The translations under genes and the position numbers were made by a program. Source: an uncultured Alcaligenaceae bacterium (lineage in GTDB: Bacteria > Pseudomonadota > Gammaproteobacteria > Burkholderiales > JACQAP01). From it: DNA of 42,294 nt. The notes beneath the pieces are model-generated. The model saw only the letters and a program-made list of their open reading frames with translations, was not told the DNA's origin and made no database searches. This document shows, piece after piece, positions 1 through 9,266 of this stretch; position 1 is the first letter of the stretch; each line of letters starts with the position of its first letter. The stretch is from NCBI GenBank assembly GCA_964650365.1, contig CAZYTR010000207.1, forward strand, positions 1 to 42,294, in the 5' to 3' direction.

Positions 1-321
1 TTGATCGAAGCCTCGATGGACCTCGGCGCCAACGGCTTCCAGACGTTCCGCTACGTGGTGTTGCCGAACATCGCCACCGCGCTGCTGGCCGGCGGCATGC
101 TCGCTTTTGCGCTTTCCTTCGATGAAGTCATCGTCACCACGTTCACCGCCGGACAACAGACCACATTGCCGATCTGGATGCTTTCAGAGCTGGTACGCCC
201 GCGCCAACGGCCCGTTACCAACGTGGTCGCGGTTTTCGTCATCGCGGTAACCTTCATCCCCATTCTGCTGGCGTTCTATCTCACCCGTGACACCCACCAA
301 GTGGCGGGCAGCGGCAAATAA
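1..321 (+). CDS. ABC transporter permease, C-terminal part (PotC/YdcV-like, polyamine-type); 5' end outside the window
   Basis: The ORF is open at the window edge. [20 protein letters not shown] matches the conserved cytoplasmic loop of binding-protein-dependent permeases and is followed by hydrophobic TM segments. It sits directly upstream of a PatD-like gene, as in the E. coli ydcSTUV-patD cluster. Confidence 0.75.
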   Translation: MIEASMDLGANGFQTFRYVVLPNIATALLAGGMLAFALSFDEVIVTTFTAGQQTTLPIWMLSELVRPRQRPVTNVVAVFVIAVTFIPILLAFYLTRDTHQVAGSGK

Positions 322-335
322 CAAGGAGACATTCC

Positions 336-1763
336 ATGCAAACCAAACTGCTCATTGACGGGCAACTGGTCGCCGGCGCCGGCGCCGAATTCACAGTGCT
401 CAACCCGGCCAGCGGTGAAGCGATTACGAAGATCCGCGAAGCCTCGCCGGACCAGGTCAACCAGGCGGTGGAGGCGGCCGGTAAGGCGTTCAGAAGCTGG
501 GGCAACACCTCGCCACAGGAAAGATCACTGCTGTTGCTGAAGCTTGCCGATCGAATCGAGCAGGACGCCAAGAGCTACGCCGATCTCGAGTCGCTCAACT
601 GCGGCAAGCCCAGGGCGCGCGCTCTGGGCGACGAGATGCCGGCGATCGTGGACTGCTTCCGTTATTTTGCCGGCGCGGCGCGGTGCCTGCACGGCAGTGC
701 CACCGACGAGTATCTCGCCAACCACACCAGCATGATCCGCCGCGACCCCGTCGGCGTGGTGGCGCAGATAACGCCGTGGAATTACCCGCTGATGATGGCG
801 GCGTGGAAAATCGCGCCGGCCCTGGCCGCCGGCAATACCGTGGTGCTCAAGCCCTCGGAAATGACGCCGCTCACCACGCTCAAACTCGGCGAGCTGCTGG
901 CCGAAATCTTTCCGAAAGGCGTGATCAACATCGTCAACGGCCGCGGCGACACGGTCGGTTCACCGCTGATCAACCACGCGGGCGTGCGCATGATCTCGGT
1001 GACCGGCAGCATCGTCACCGGACGCAAGGTGCTGCAAGCGGCGCAGGCTACGCTCAAGCGTACCCATCTCGAATTGGGCGGCAAGGCGCCGGTGATCGTG
1101 TTCGACGACGCCGATCTGGAAGCGGTGGTCGGCGGGCTGCGCACCTTTGGCTTCTACAACGCCGGGCAGGACTGCACCGCTGCGTGCCGCATCTACGCCG
1201 GCGCGAAAATCTACGACAAGCTGGTCGCCGACCTCGGCGCGGCAGTCAAGACCATCAAGTTCGGCCAGCCCGAGAAGGAAGACTCCGAAATCGGGCCGCT
1301 TATCAGTGCCGGCCAGCGGGAGCGCGTGGCTGGCTTCGTAGAGCGTGCGATCGCCACCAGGCACATGGAAGTGGTCGCCGGTGGCGCGGTTGCGGCGGGC
1401 AAGGGTTTTTTCTATCAGCCCACCGTGGTGGCGGGCGCCCTTCAGGACGACGAAATCGTGCGCAAGGAAGTGTTCGGCCCGGTGGTGTCGGTAACGCGCT
1501 TCAAGGATGCCGACGAGGCGATCGCCTGGGCCAACGACTCGGAGTACGGCCTCGCCTCATCGGTGTGGACCCGGGACGTGAGCCGCGCGATGAAAGTAGC
1601 GAGCCGGCTGGAGTACGGCTGCACCTGGATCAACACCCACTTCATGCTGGTGAACGAAATGCCACACGGCGGGACGAAGATGTCCGGCTACGGCAAGGAC
1701 ATGTCCATGTACGGGCTGGAGGATTACACGATTACCCGTCACGTCATGGTCAACTTCGGCTGA
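336..1763 (+). CDS. patD: NAD-dependent aldehyde dehydrogenase, gamma-aminobutyraldehyde dehydrogenase-like (PatD/YdcW)
   Basis: The 475-aa product is colinear, from memory, with E. coli PatD. Shared stretches include [73 protein letters not shown] and [11 protein letters not shown]. An AAGGAG Shine-Dalgarno (SD) motif lies 7 nt upstream of the ATG. Confidence 0.85.
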   Translation: MQTKLLIDGQLVAGAGAEFTVLNPASGEAITKIREASPDQVNQAVEAAGKAFRSWGNTSPQERSLLLLKLADRIEQDAKSYADLESLNCGKPRARALGDEMPAIVDCFRYFAGAARCLHGSATDEYLANHTSMIRRDPVGVVAQITPWNYPLMMAAWKIAPALAAGNTVVLKPSEMTPLTTLKLGELLAEIFPKGVINIVNGRGDTVGSPLINHAGVRMISVTGSIVTGRKVLQAAQATLKRTHLELGGKAPVIVFDDADLEAVVGGLRTFGFYNAGQDCTAACRIYAGAKIYDKLVADLGAAVKTIKFGQPEKEDSEIGPLISAGQRERVAGFVERAIATRHMEVVAGGAVAAGKGFFYQPTVVAGALQDDEIVRKEVFGPVVSVTRFKDADEAIAWANDSEYGLASSVWTRDVSRAMKVASRLEYGCTWINTHFMLVNEMPHGGTKMSGYGKDMSMYGLEDYTITRHVMVNFG

Positions 1764-1787
1764 CTTGCAATCAAAGCAGCCTACACC

Positions 1788-1966
1788 CAACGCAGAGGCG
1801 CAGAGAACGCAGAGGGCGCAGAGAAACCAAGAACTGTGAAAATGATCGATATTCGACAATGCGACACGATGGCGCGAAACGTGCAATCGAGGTCTTGGTT
1901 CCACCTGCCCACGAATTTCGTCCTGATTTCCTCTGCGCCCTCTGCGTTCTCTGCGTCTCGGCGTTG
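1788..1966. repeat. Composite hairpin element E1: purine-rich tandem-unit arm (GCAGAGR units), 100-nt centre, complementary pyrimidine-rich arm
   Basis: The left arm is 1788-1826 (CAACGCAGAGGCGCAGAGAACGCAGAGGGCGCAGAGAAA). The reverse complement of the right arm, 1927-1966, is CAACGCCGAGACGCAGAGAACGCAGAGGGCGCAGAGGAAA. The two arms share a perfect 25-nt run. Confidence 0.9.
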
Positions 1967-2007
1967 AGAATTTCCGTTTTTCCGGCAATGAATGTTATCT
2001 TGCCGCC

Positions 2008-3786
<1,779 letters not shown>

Positions 3787-3853
3787 TGAAGGAGGCACCG
3801 GGATCGGTGCGTCGAATCGTCGGGATTTCCTGATGACTTTTTCGGGAGGCAGG

Positions 3854-5329
3854 ATGTTACGAACCCTGATGATTCTCGGCGCGCTGCTGTTTCCAGTCGC
3901 CATGTGTGGCGCACAGCAGCGGCCTGCGCCCGAGGAGTACCCAACCGCCTGGGAGGTGCCGCCGGGCGATCCCGTCGAACACATGACCGCCGGCTACGCG
4001 AAGGTTCTGTGCTCGGCACTGTTCATCACCGGCCGTGATCTCGCATCGGCCGCCGATGAAGACGGGTTCTTCGTGTCGCCGCGCGCGGAGCGTCGCCTGG
4101 TTACGAAGGTCGTCGTGGACGAGAAGGCGCACGCCGTGCACCTGACATTGCCCAGCGGGGTCACACGCACCGCCCGGCTTTTCCCGGACCAGGGTTGCGT
4201 CACGCTGCCGCGCGGCGCGGATGCGGTGTTTTTTGCTCCTGTCAGAATCGGATCGTCGCTGCCTGGCCCGGCAACGAAACCGTGGCCGATGGGAGACCGG
4301 ATTCCCGATACGCCGCTTGCGCGCGAAATCGATTTCGCGAATGTGGCCGCAGCTGTCGCGGCGGCTTTCGATCCTGCGGAAGCACTCACCGCCGCGTTCG
4401 TGGTGGCGTACAAGGGACGCATCATCGCCGAGCACTACCAGCGTGGACTCGACCACACCACGAGGCTACCGAGCTGGTCGATGGGCAAGAGCATAGCGGC
4501 GACGCTCATGGGCCAGCTCATCCATGAAGGCGTGTATGACCTGTGGTCGCCGGCACCGGTGGACGAATGGCAGCGGCCGGAAGATCCCCGGCGCGCCATC
4601 CGCATTGCCGACCTGCTGCGGATGTCCAGCGGGCTGCGCTTCGTCGCTCCGCAGGACCCGGACTACGATCCCTCGCGGGGCTATCCCGACCACCTCTATA
4701 TCTACACCGGCGCAATCGACTCCGTTCGCTGGGCCGTCACCCGCCCGCCGCAGTGGCCGCCAAATACCGTTGGGCGTTACCGCAATTCCGATCCTCTGGT
4801 GGTGAACTATCTCATCAAGAAAGCAGTCGCCGCTCGCAAACAGGAATATCTTTCCTATCCGCAGCGACATCTGTTCGACCGGCTCGGAATCCGCAACATG
4901 ACCTTGGAGGCCGACCCGTATGGCAATCTCGCGCTTCAGGGCTACGACCTGGGAACCGGACGCGACTGGTTACGCCTGGGACTGCTGTATCTGCAGGACG
5001 GCGTTTGGAACGGCGAACGGTTGCTACCCGAGGGGTGGACGGATTTCGTGCGCACGCCGGCGCCGGCATGGTCGAAGCCGGTGTACGGCGGATTCTTCTG
5101 GCTCAACCGCACCAAACGATGGCCGGTGCCGGAGGACGCCTACTTCATGGCGGGCGCCGGCGGACAGTACGCGATCATCATTCCGACGCACGATCTGGTG
5201 GTCGTGCGGCTTGGCCACTACAAGGGCGCGGAAGCCGGCGAGAAGACATTGTGGCGCGCGCTCGAACTGCTGATGCAAGCGATACCGCAGGTGCGCGATC
5301 CCTGGCAACCGCCGTCCGTGGGCAAATGA
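3854..5329 (+). CDS. Exported serine hydrolase, beta-lactamase class C / PBP-related family
   Basis: The long ORF starts at 3650 but overlaps the msbA 3' end. The ATG at 3854 has GGAGG 3-8 nt upstream and yields a signal peptide, MLRTLMILGALLFPVAMCGA. It has an SxxK motif (SMGK), a YxN motif (YRN) and a late AGG motif. Confidence 0.7.
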   Translation: MLRTLMILGALLFPVAMCGAQQRPAPEEYPTAWEVPPGDPVEHMTAGYAKVLCSALFITGRDLASAADEDGFFVSPRAERRLVTKVVVDEKAHAVHLTLPSGVTRTARLFPDQGCVTLPRGADAVFFAPVRIGSSLPGPATKPWPMGDRIPDTPLAREIDFANVAAAVAAAFDPAEALTAAFVVAYKGRIIAEHYQRGLDHTTRLPSWSMGKSIAATLMGQLIHEGVYDLWSPAPVDEWQRPEDPRRAIRIADLLRMSSGLRFVAPQDPDYDPSRGYPDHLYIYTGAIDSVRWAVTRPPQWPPNTVGRYRNSDPLVVNYLIKKAVAARKQEYLSYPQRHLFDRLGIRNMTLEADPYGNLALQGYDLGTGRDWLRLGLLYLQDGVWNGERLLPEGWTDFVRTPAPAWSKPVYGGFFWLNRTKRWPVPEDAYFMAGAGGQYAIIIPTHDLVVVRLGHYKGAEAGEKTLWRALELLMQAIPQVRDPWQPPSVGK

Positions 5330-5353
5330 CCTCTTTCGACTGACCATGTAGCG

Positions 5354-5869
5354 ATGGAATCCGCACACCGGATTGCAAGGCGCGAAGACCTGCCGCAGAT
5401 CGTCTCAATCTACAACGCGACCATTCCTTCGCGCATGGTTACCGCCGATATCGAACCCGTTTCGGTACCGAGCCGGTTGCGCTGGTTCGAGGAGCATTCG
5501 GCGGATGTCCGACCTCTGTGGGTGGTGGAGGCCGATGGACAGATCGCCGGCTGGCTGAGCTTTTCATCTTTCTATGGGCGCCCGGCGTATGCCAAGACGG
5601 CGGAACTAAGCGTCTACGTTCACGCCGACTTCAGAAAACGGGGCATCGCCGCGTACTTGCTTACCCAGGCTTTCGCCCAGGCGCCGGGTCTCGGTATCGA
5701 TAACTTGCTCGGGTTCATCTTTGGCCACAACCTGGCCAGCCTGGCGTTGTTCGAGAAGTTTGGCTTCGCTCGCTGGGGCGAGTTGCCAAAAGTGGCCGTG
5801 CTGGATGGGGTAGAACGCGACGTGGTCATCGTCGGACGGCGGGCTACGTCTTCGGCTACACTTGCGTGA
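5354..5869 (+). CDS. GNAT family N-acetyltransferase (phosphinothricin/methionine-sulfoximine acetyltransferase-like)
   Basis: The 171-aa product has the pattern IR.A...DL..I..IYN..I typical of PAT-type GNATs. It also has the acetyl-CoA binding segment RKRGIAAYLL. Confidence 0.7.
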   Translation: MESAHRIARREDLPQIVSIYNATIPSRMVTADIEPVSVPSRLRWFEEHSADVRPLWVVEADGQIAGWLSFSSFYGRPAYAKTAELSVYVHADFRKRGIAAYLLTQAFAQAPGLGIDNLLGFIFGHNLASLALFEKFGFARWGELPKVAVLDGVERDVVIVGRRATSSATLA

Positions 5870-6036
5870 GCGACATCACGGAGGTGGAGCTGTTGAAAAC
5901 CGACCCGATCTCGTTTCCTGCGGCACGTCTGTAGGCGCAGGATCAATACCCAGCGGGGCGACCGTGGATGTCGTCATCGATGGGGTAGGCACGCTCTCCA
6001 ACCGCTATACATGAGTCGTCTTTCACGCAACGCATC

Positions 6037-7041
6037 ATGAAGGTCGCAGTCGTGGGCGCTGGAGCGATCGGAGGCTACCTGGGTGTCAGGCTGGCTCAGG
6101 CCGGCGAGGCGGTTACTTTCATCGCGCGCGGCGCCAATCTCGCGGCCATTCGCGCCGGCGGCATGAAGCTGATCCTGGAGGACGGCAGCGAGTTGCATGC
6201 CGAGGGTGCGCGCGCATTCGAGAGGATGAGCGATGCGGGCCCTCAGGACGTCGTACTGTTGACGCTCAAAGCGCATCAGGTCGCGGCGGTCGCTCCCGAT
6301 CTGAACTACCTCTGCCACGGGCAGACCAGCGTCGTCACGATGCAGAACGGGATTCCGTGGTGGTACTTCTACAAGCACGGTGGGCAGTACGAAGGCACGC
6401 CGGTCGTCTGCGCCGACCCCGACGGTGGCATTGCGCGCGGCATTGATGCCGCGCGGGTAATCGGCAGCGTCGTATATCCGGCTGCCAACCTCATCTCGCC
6501 CGGCGTGGTCAAGGTTGTCGAGGGCAACCGCTTCACGCTGGGAGAGCTCGATGGTTCGACCACGCCGCGCATCGAGGCCATCGCGGCGAGCTTCACCAAG
6601 GCCGGTTTCAAAGCGCCTATCACGCAGGACATCCGCAGTGAGATCTGGCTCAAGCTCTGGGGCAACCTGAGCTTCAATCCCGTCAGTGCGCTGACGCACG
6701 CCACCTTGGCAGACATCTGTCGATACCCGCTCACGCGCGACCTGGCGGCGCAGATGATGGCCGAGGCCGAGGCCATCGCCAAGAAACTCGGCGTAACCTT
6801 CCGTGTCAGCATCGAACGCAGGATTGCCGGTGCGGAGAAAGTCGGCGCGCACAAGACTTCGATGCTGCAGGACGTGGAGCAGGGACGGCCGATCGAGATC
6901 GAGGCGCTGGTCGGCTCGGTGGTCGAGCTGGGCCGGTTGACCCAGACGCCGACGCCTCACATCAGCGCCGTCTACGCGTGCGCAAGCCTGTTGGCGAAGA
7001 CGCTCAATGCCCGGCACGAGAAGCTCAGGCTCGAGGGTTAG
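6037..7041 (+). CDS. panE: 2-dehydropantoate 2-reductase (ketopantoate reductase, ApbA/PanE family)
   Basis: The 334-aa product has an N-terminal Rossmann motif, MKVAVVGAGAIGGYLG. It also has the conserved K.SMLQD.E.GR..EI region of the PanE C-terminal domain. Confidence 0.8.
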   Translation: MKVAVVGAGAIGGYLGVRLAQAGEAVTFIARGANLAAIRAGGMKLILEDGSELHAEGARAFERMSDAGPQDVVLLTLKAHQVAAVAPDLNYLCHGQTSVVTMQNGIPWWYFYKHGGQYEGTPVVCADPDGGIARGIDAARVIGSVVYPAANLISPGVVKVVEGNRFTLGELDGSTTPRIEAIAASFTKAGFKAPITQDIRSEIWLKLWGNLSFNPVSALTHATLADICRYPLTRDLAAQMMAEAEAIAKKLGVTFRVSIERRIAGAEKVGAHKTSMLQDVEQGRPIEIEALVGSVVELGRLTQTPTPHISAVYACASLLAKTLNARHEKLRLEG

Positions 7042-7086
7042 GCCCGGAGTCGTTTCCGATTGCGGACCAACCAAGGGATCGTCGAC

Positions 7087-8634
7087 ATGAGCAGTTCGCC
7101 TACAACTGTGCTCGAGCTTCTGGAAGCGGGAGCGCCCGGCGCGACCGCCCTGAGCAGACCGGGCGGCGCGCCGCTCACGTACCAGGCGTTGCGCCAACTC
7201 GTGCGCGATACCTTTAGCGCGCTCAATGCCAGGGGAATCGGTCGCAACGACCGCGTCGCGATCGTGCTCGACAACGGTCCGGCGATGGCTGCCGCGTTCG
7301 TGAGCGTCGCGGCTGGTGCGACCGCCGCTCCGCTGAACCCGGGATACCGGGCTGACGAATTCGAGTTCTACCTGATGGACTTGAACGCCAAGCTGCTGAT
7401 CGTCGAGCAAGACAAAGCATCTCCCGCGATCGATGTCGCGAGCAAGCTCGGCGTTCCGATCGCGCGGGTTGCGAGAATGCCCGAACGAGGCGCGGGCAGC
7501 TTCGCTCTCATATTCGCCGAAGGACGGGCGGCGTCGCCGCTGCCACACCCCGGTCCGGCGTCAGCGGACGACATCGCATTGGTTCTGCATACCTCCGGAA
7601 CGACATCGCGTCCGAAGATCGTGCCGCTCGCCCAGCGCAACGTATGCGCTTCGGCGCGCAACGTTCGGCAGACCTTGGCATTTACCGCTGCAGACCGCGG
7701 GCTCAACATCATGCCGCTGTTCCACATCCACGGCCTGATCGCTGGAATCCTGGCACCGTTGTCGGCCGGGGGGGAAGTGTGCTGCACGACCGGATTCAAC
7801 GCTCTGAAATTCTTCTCCTGGGTGGCCGAGGCGCATCCCACCTGGTACACCGCGGTGCCGACCATGCATCAGGCGATACTATCTCGCGCCGCGAACAACG
7901 GCGATGTGATCAAGGCCAATCCGCTGCGCTTCATCCGCTCGTCTTCGTCGTCCCTGCCGCCGCAGGTGATCAAGGGGCTCGAAGAGGTGTTCGGCGCACC
8001 GGTCATCGAGTCCTATGGCATGACGGAAGCCGCACATCAGATGGCGAGCAATCCGTTGCCGCCCGAGGTGCGCAAGCCTGGAACCGTTGGCGTACATGCC
8101 GGGCCGGAGGTGTGCGTGATTGACCTGGACGGCAATCCGTTACCGTCAGGCATCGCAGGAGAGATCGCAATCCGTGGTGAGAACGTAATGTCCGGCTACG
8201 AGAACAATTCGAAGGCCAACGCCGAGGCTTTCACCAATGGGTGGTTTCGCACCGGCGACCAGGGCGTGATGGATGCGGACGGGTACCTGACGATCACCGG
8301 CCGCTTGAAGGAGATCATCAATCGCGGCGGGGAAAAGATCTCGCCGCGCGAAGTGGATGAGGTCCTCATGGATCACCCGGCAGTTCAGCAGTGCGTCACC
8401 TTTGCCGTTCCGCACGACAAGCTGGGCGAAGATGTTGCCGCGGCCGTGGTGCTGCGCGATGGCGTCCAGGCGAGCGAGAAGGACTTGCGGGAGTTCGCAG
8501 CGAAGCGCATAGCGGACTTCAAGGTCCCGCGCAAGATACTCATCGTCGCCGAGATTCCCAAGGGCGCGACCGGAAAACTGCAGCGCATCGGGCTCGCCCA
8601 GAAGCTGGGCCTAGTGCCGGAGAAGGCGGGCTAG
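7087..8634 (+). CDS. AMP-dependent acyl-CoA synthetase/ligase (oxalate-CoA ligase-like subgroup possible)
   Basis: It carries the AMP-binding motifs LHTSGTTSRPK, YGMTEA, GWFRTGD and PKGATGKLQR. The ORF track starts at TTG 7060. The ATG at 7087 is preferred because AAGGGA lies about 9 nt upstream. The start is uncertain by 9 codons. Confidence 0.8.
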   Translation: MSSSPTTVLELLEAGAPGATALSRPGGAPLTYQALRQLVRDTFSALNARGIGRNDRVAIVLDNGPAMAAAFVSVAAGATAAPLNPGYRADEFEFYLMDLNAKLLIVEQDKASPAIDVASKLGVPIARVARMPERGAGSFALIFAEGRAASPLPHPGPASADDIALVLHTSGTTSRPKIVPLAQRNVCASARNVRQTLAFTAADRGLNIMPLFHIHGLIAGILAPLSAGGEVCCTTGFNALKFFSWVAEAHPTWYTAVPTMHQAILSRAANNGDVIKANPLRFIRSSSSSLPPQVIKGLEEVFGAPVIESYGMTEAAHQMASNPLPPEVRKPGTVGVHAGPEVCVIDLDGNPLPSGIAGEIAIRGENVMSGYENNSKANAEAFTNGWFRTGDQGVMDADGYLTITGRLKEIINRGGEKISPREVDEVLMDHPAVQQCVTFAVPHDKLGEDVAAAVVLRDGVQASEKDLREFAAKRIADFKVPRKILIVAEIPKGATGKLQRIGLAQKLGLVPEKAG

Positions 8635-8651
8635 GCGTGCCGAGCAAGCGA

Positions 8652-9182
8652 TCAGGGCGCAGGCATGCGCGAGGAGTGATGCGAGACGATCATCCATCGG
8701 CCGTCGCGCTGGTAAAACACGAAAGTAAAGCGCAGCGGCGTGATGATTTCCTGTCCCTCCTGAACGCTGTGTGAAGTGTAGTAACCCGAGTTGATTGCGG
8801 TATCGCCGTACACCCTGACGTGCTGTTCGCCGATGGCCATGCGCAGATTGGGGCGCCTTGTAGTGGAGTCGGTGAAGTATTCCAGCACCGCATCGGGTGT
8901 GGTGCGGATGGTCGGGGAAATCGTTCCCCAGAACACCGCGTCGTCCGAATAGAGTGCCGCGATCCGCTGCGCGTCCCGGGTGTTGAAGGCCTCGGCCCAG
9001 GCCGTCGTTGCCGCGATGATCTCCTTTTGCACCGCGTCATCATCCGCGAGCGCCACGGAGCCCGTCAGCAAAAGAAACATAGTGGCGAGCAGGCGAAACA
9101 TGGTTGAAGCCGCGACGAATCCTTTGTGCCGTGTGCGGCCTGCTGCGTGCAGGGGAAGAGCGTTATTCCTTGCATTCCGCAT
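8652..9182 (-). CDS. Exported SnoaL-like / NTF2-fold (DUF4440-type) protein
   Basis: The pattern A.AFN.RD...IAALYSDDAVFWGT ... RFTFV..Q.DG.W.IV.HHSS is typical of NTF2-like DUF4440 proteins. The start is ambiguous. ATG 9182 has AAGGAAGG 7 nt upstream, whereas ATG 9101 gives a clean Sec signal, MFRLLATMFLLLTGSVALA. Confidence 0.55.
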   Translation of the reverse strand: MRNARNNALPLHAAGRTRHKGFVAASTMFRLLATMFLLLTGSVALADDDAVQKEIIAATTAWAEAFNTRDAQRIAALYSDDAVFWGTISPTIRTTPDAVLEYFTDSTTRRPNLRMAIGEQHVRVYGDTAINSGYYTSHSVQEGQEIITPLRFTFVFYQRDGRWMIVSHHSSRMPAP

Positions 9183-9240
9183 TCTTATTCCTTCCTTCGT
9201 GTTCCTTTCTTCTACCTTCGTGACCCTTCGTGTTGAAAGC
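9178..9240. repeat. Half copy (right-arm type) of the composite hairpin element, E5-like
   Basis: ATTCTTATTCCTTCCTTCGTGTTCC...CTTCGTGACCCTTCGTGTTGAAAG resembles the E5 right end GGAATTCTTACC..CCTTCCTTCGCGTTCC...CTTTGCGGTGAAGAAG. I saw no complementary purine-rich arm within 150 nt on either side. Confidence 0.6.
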
Positions 9241-9266
9241 GTCTTAAGACCGGCGTAGCCGGCCGT

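Noticed and set aside
1788-1966. Whether the inverted repeats flanking about 100 nt could be a retron msr/msd locus or a transposon with terminal inverted repeats.
   Set aside because: No reverse transcriptase or transposase ORF is adjacent to any copy. I saw no target-site duplication at the arm ends. The arms are internally tandem-repetitive, unlike retron a1/a2 repeats or IS terminal repeats.
5974-7548. A 524-aa minus-strand ORF spanning panE and the acyl-CoA ligase gene.
   Set aside because: It crosses the boundary between two well-supported plus-strand genes. Its composition is Arg-rich and low-complexity. It is a high-GC antisense artefact.
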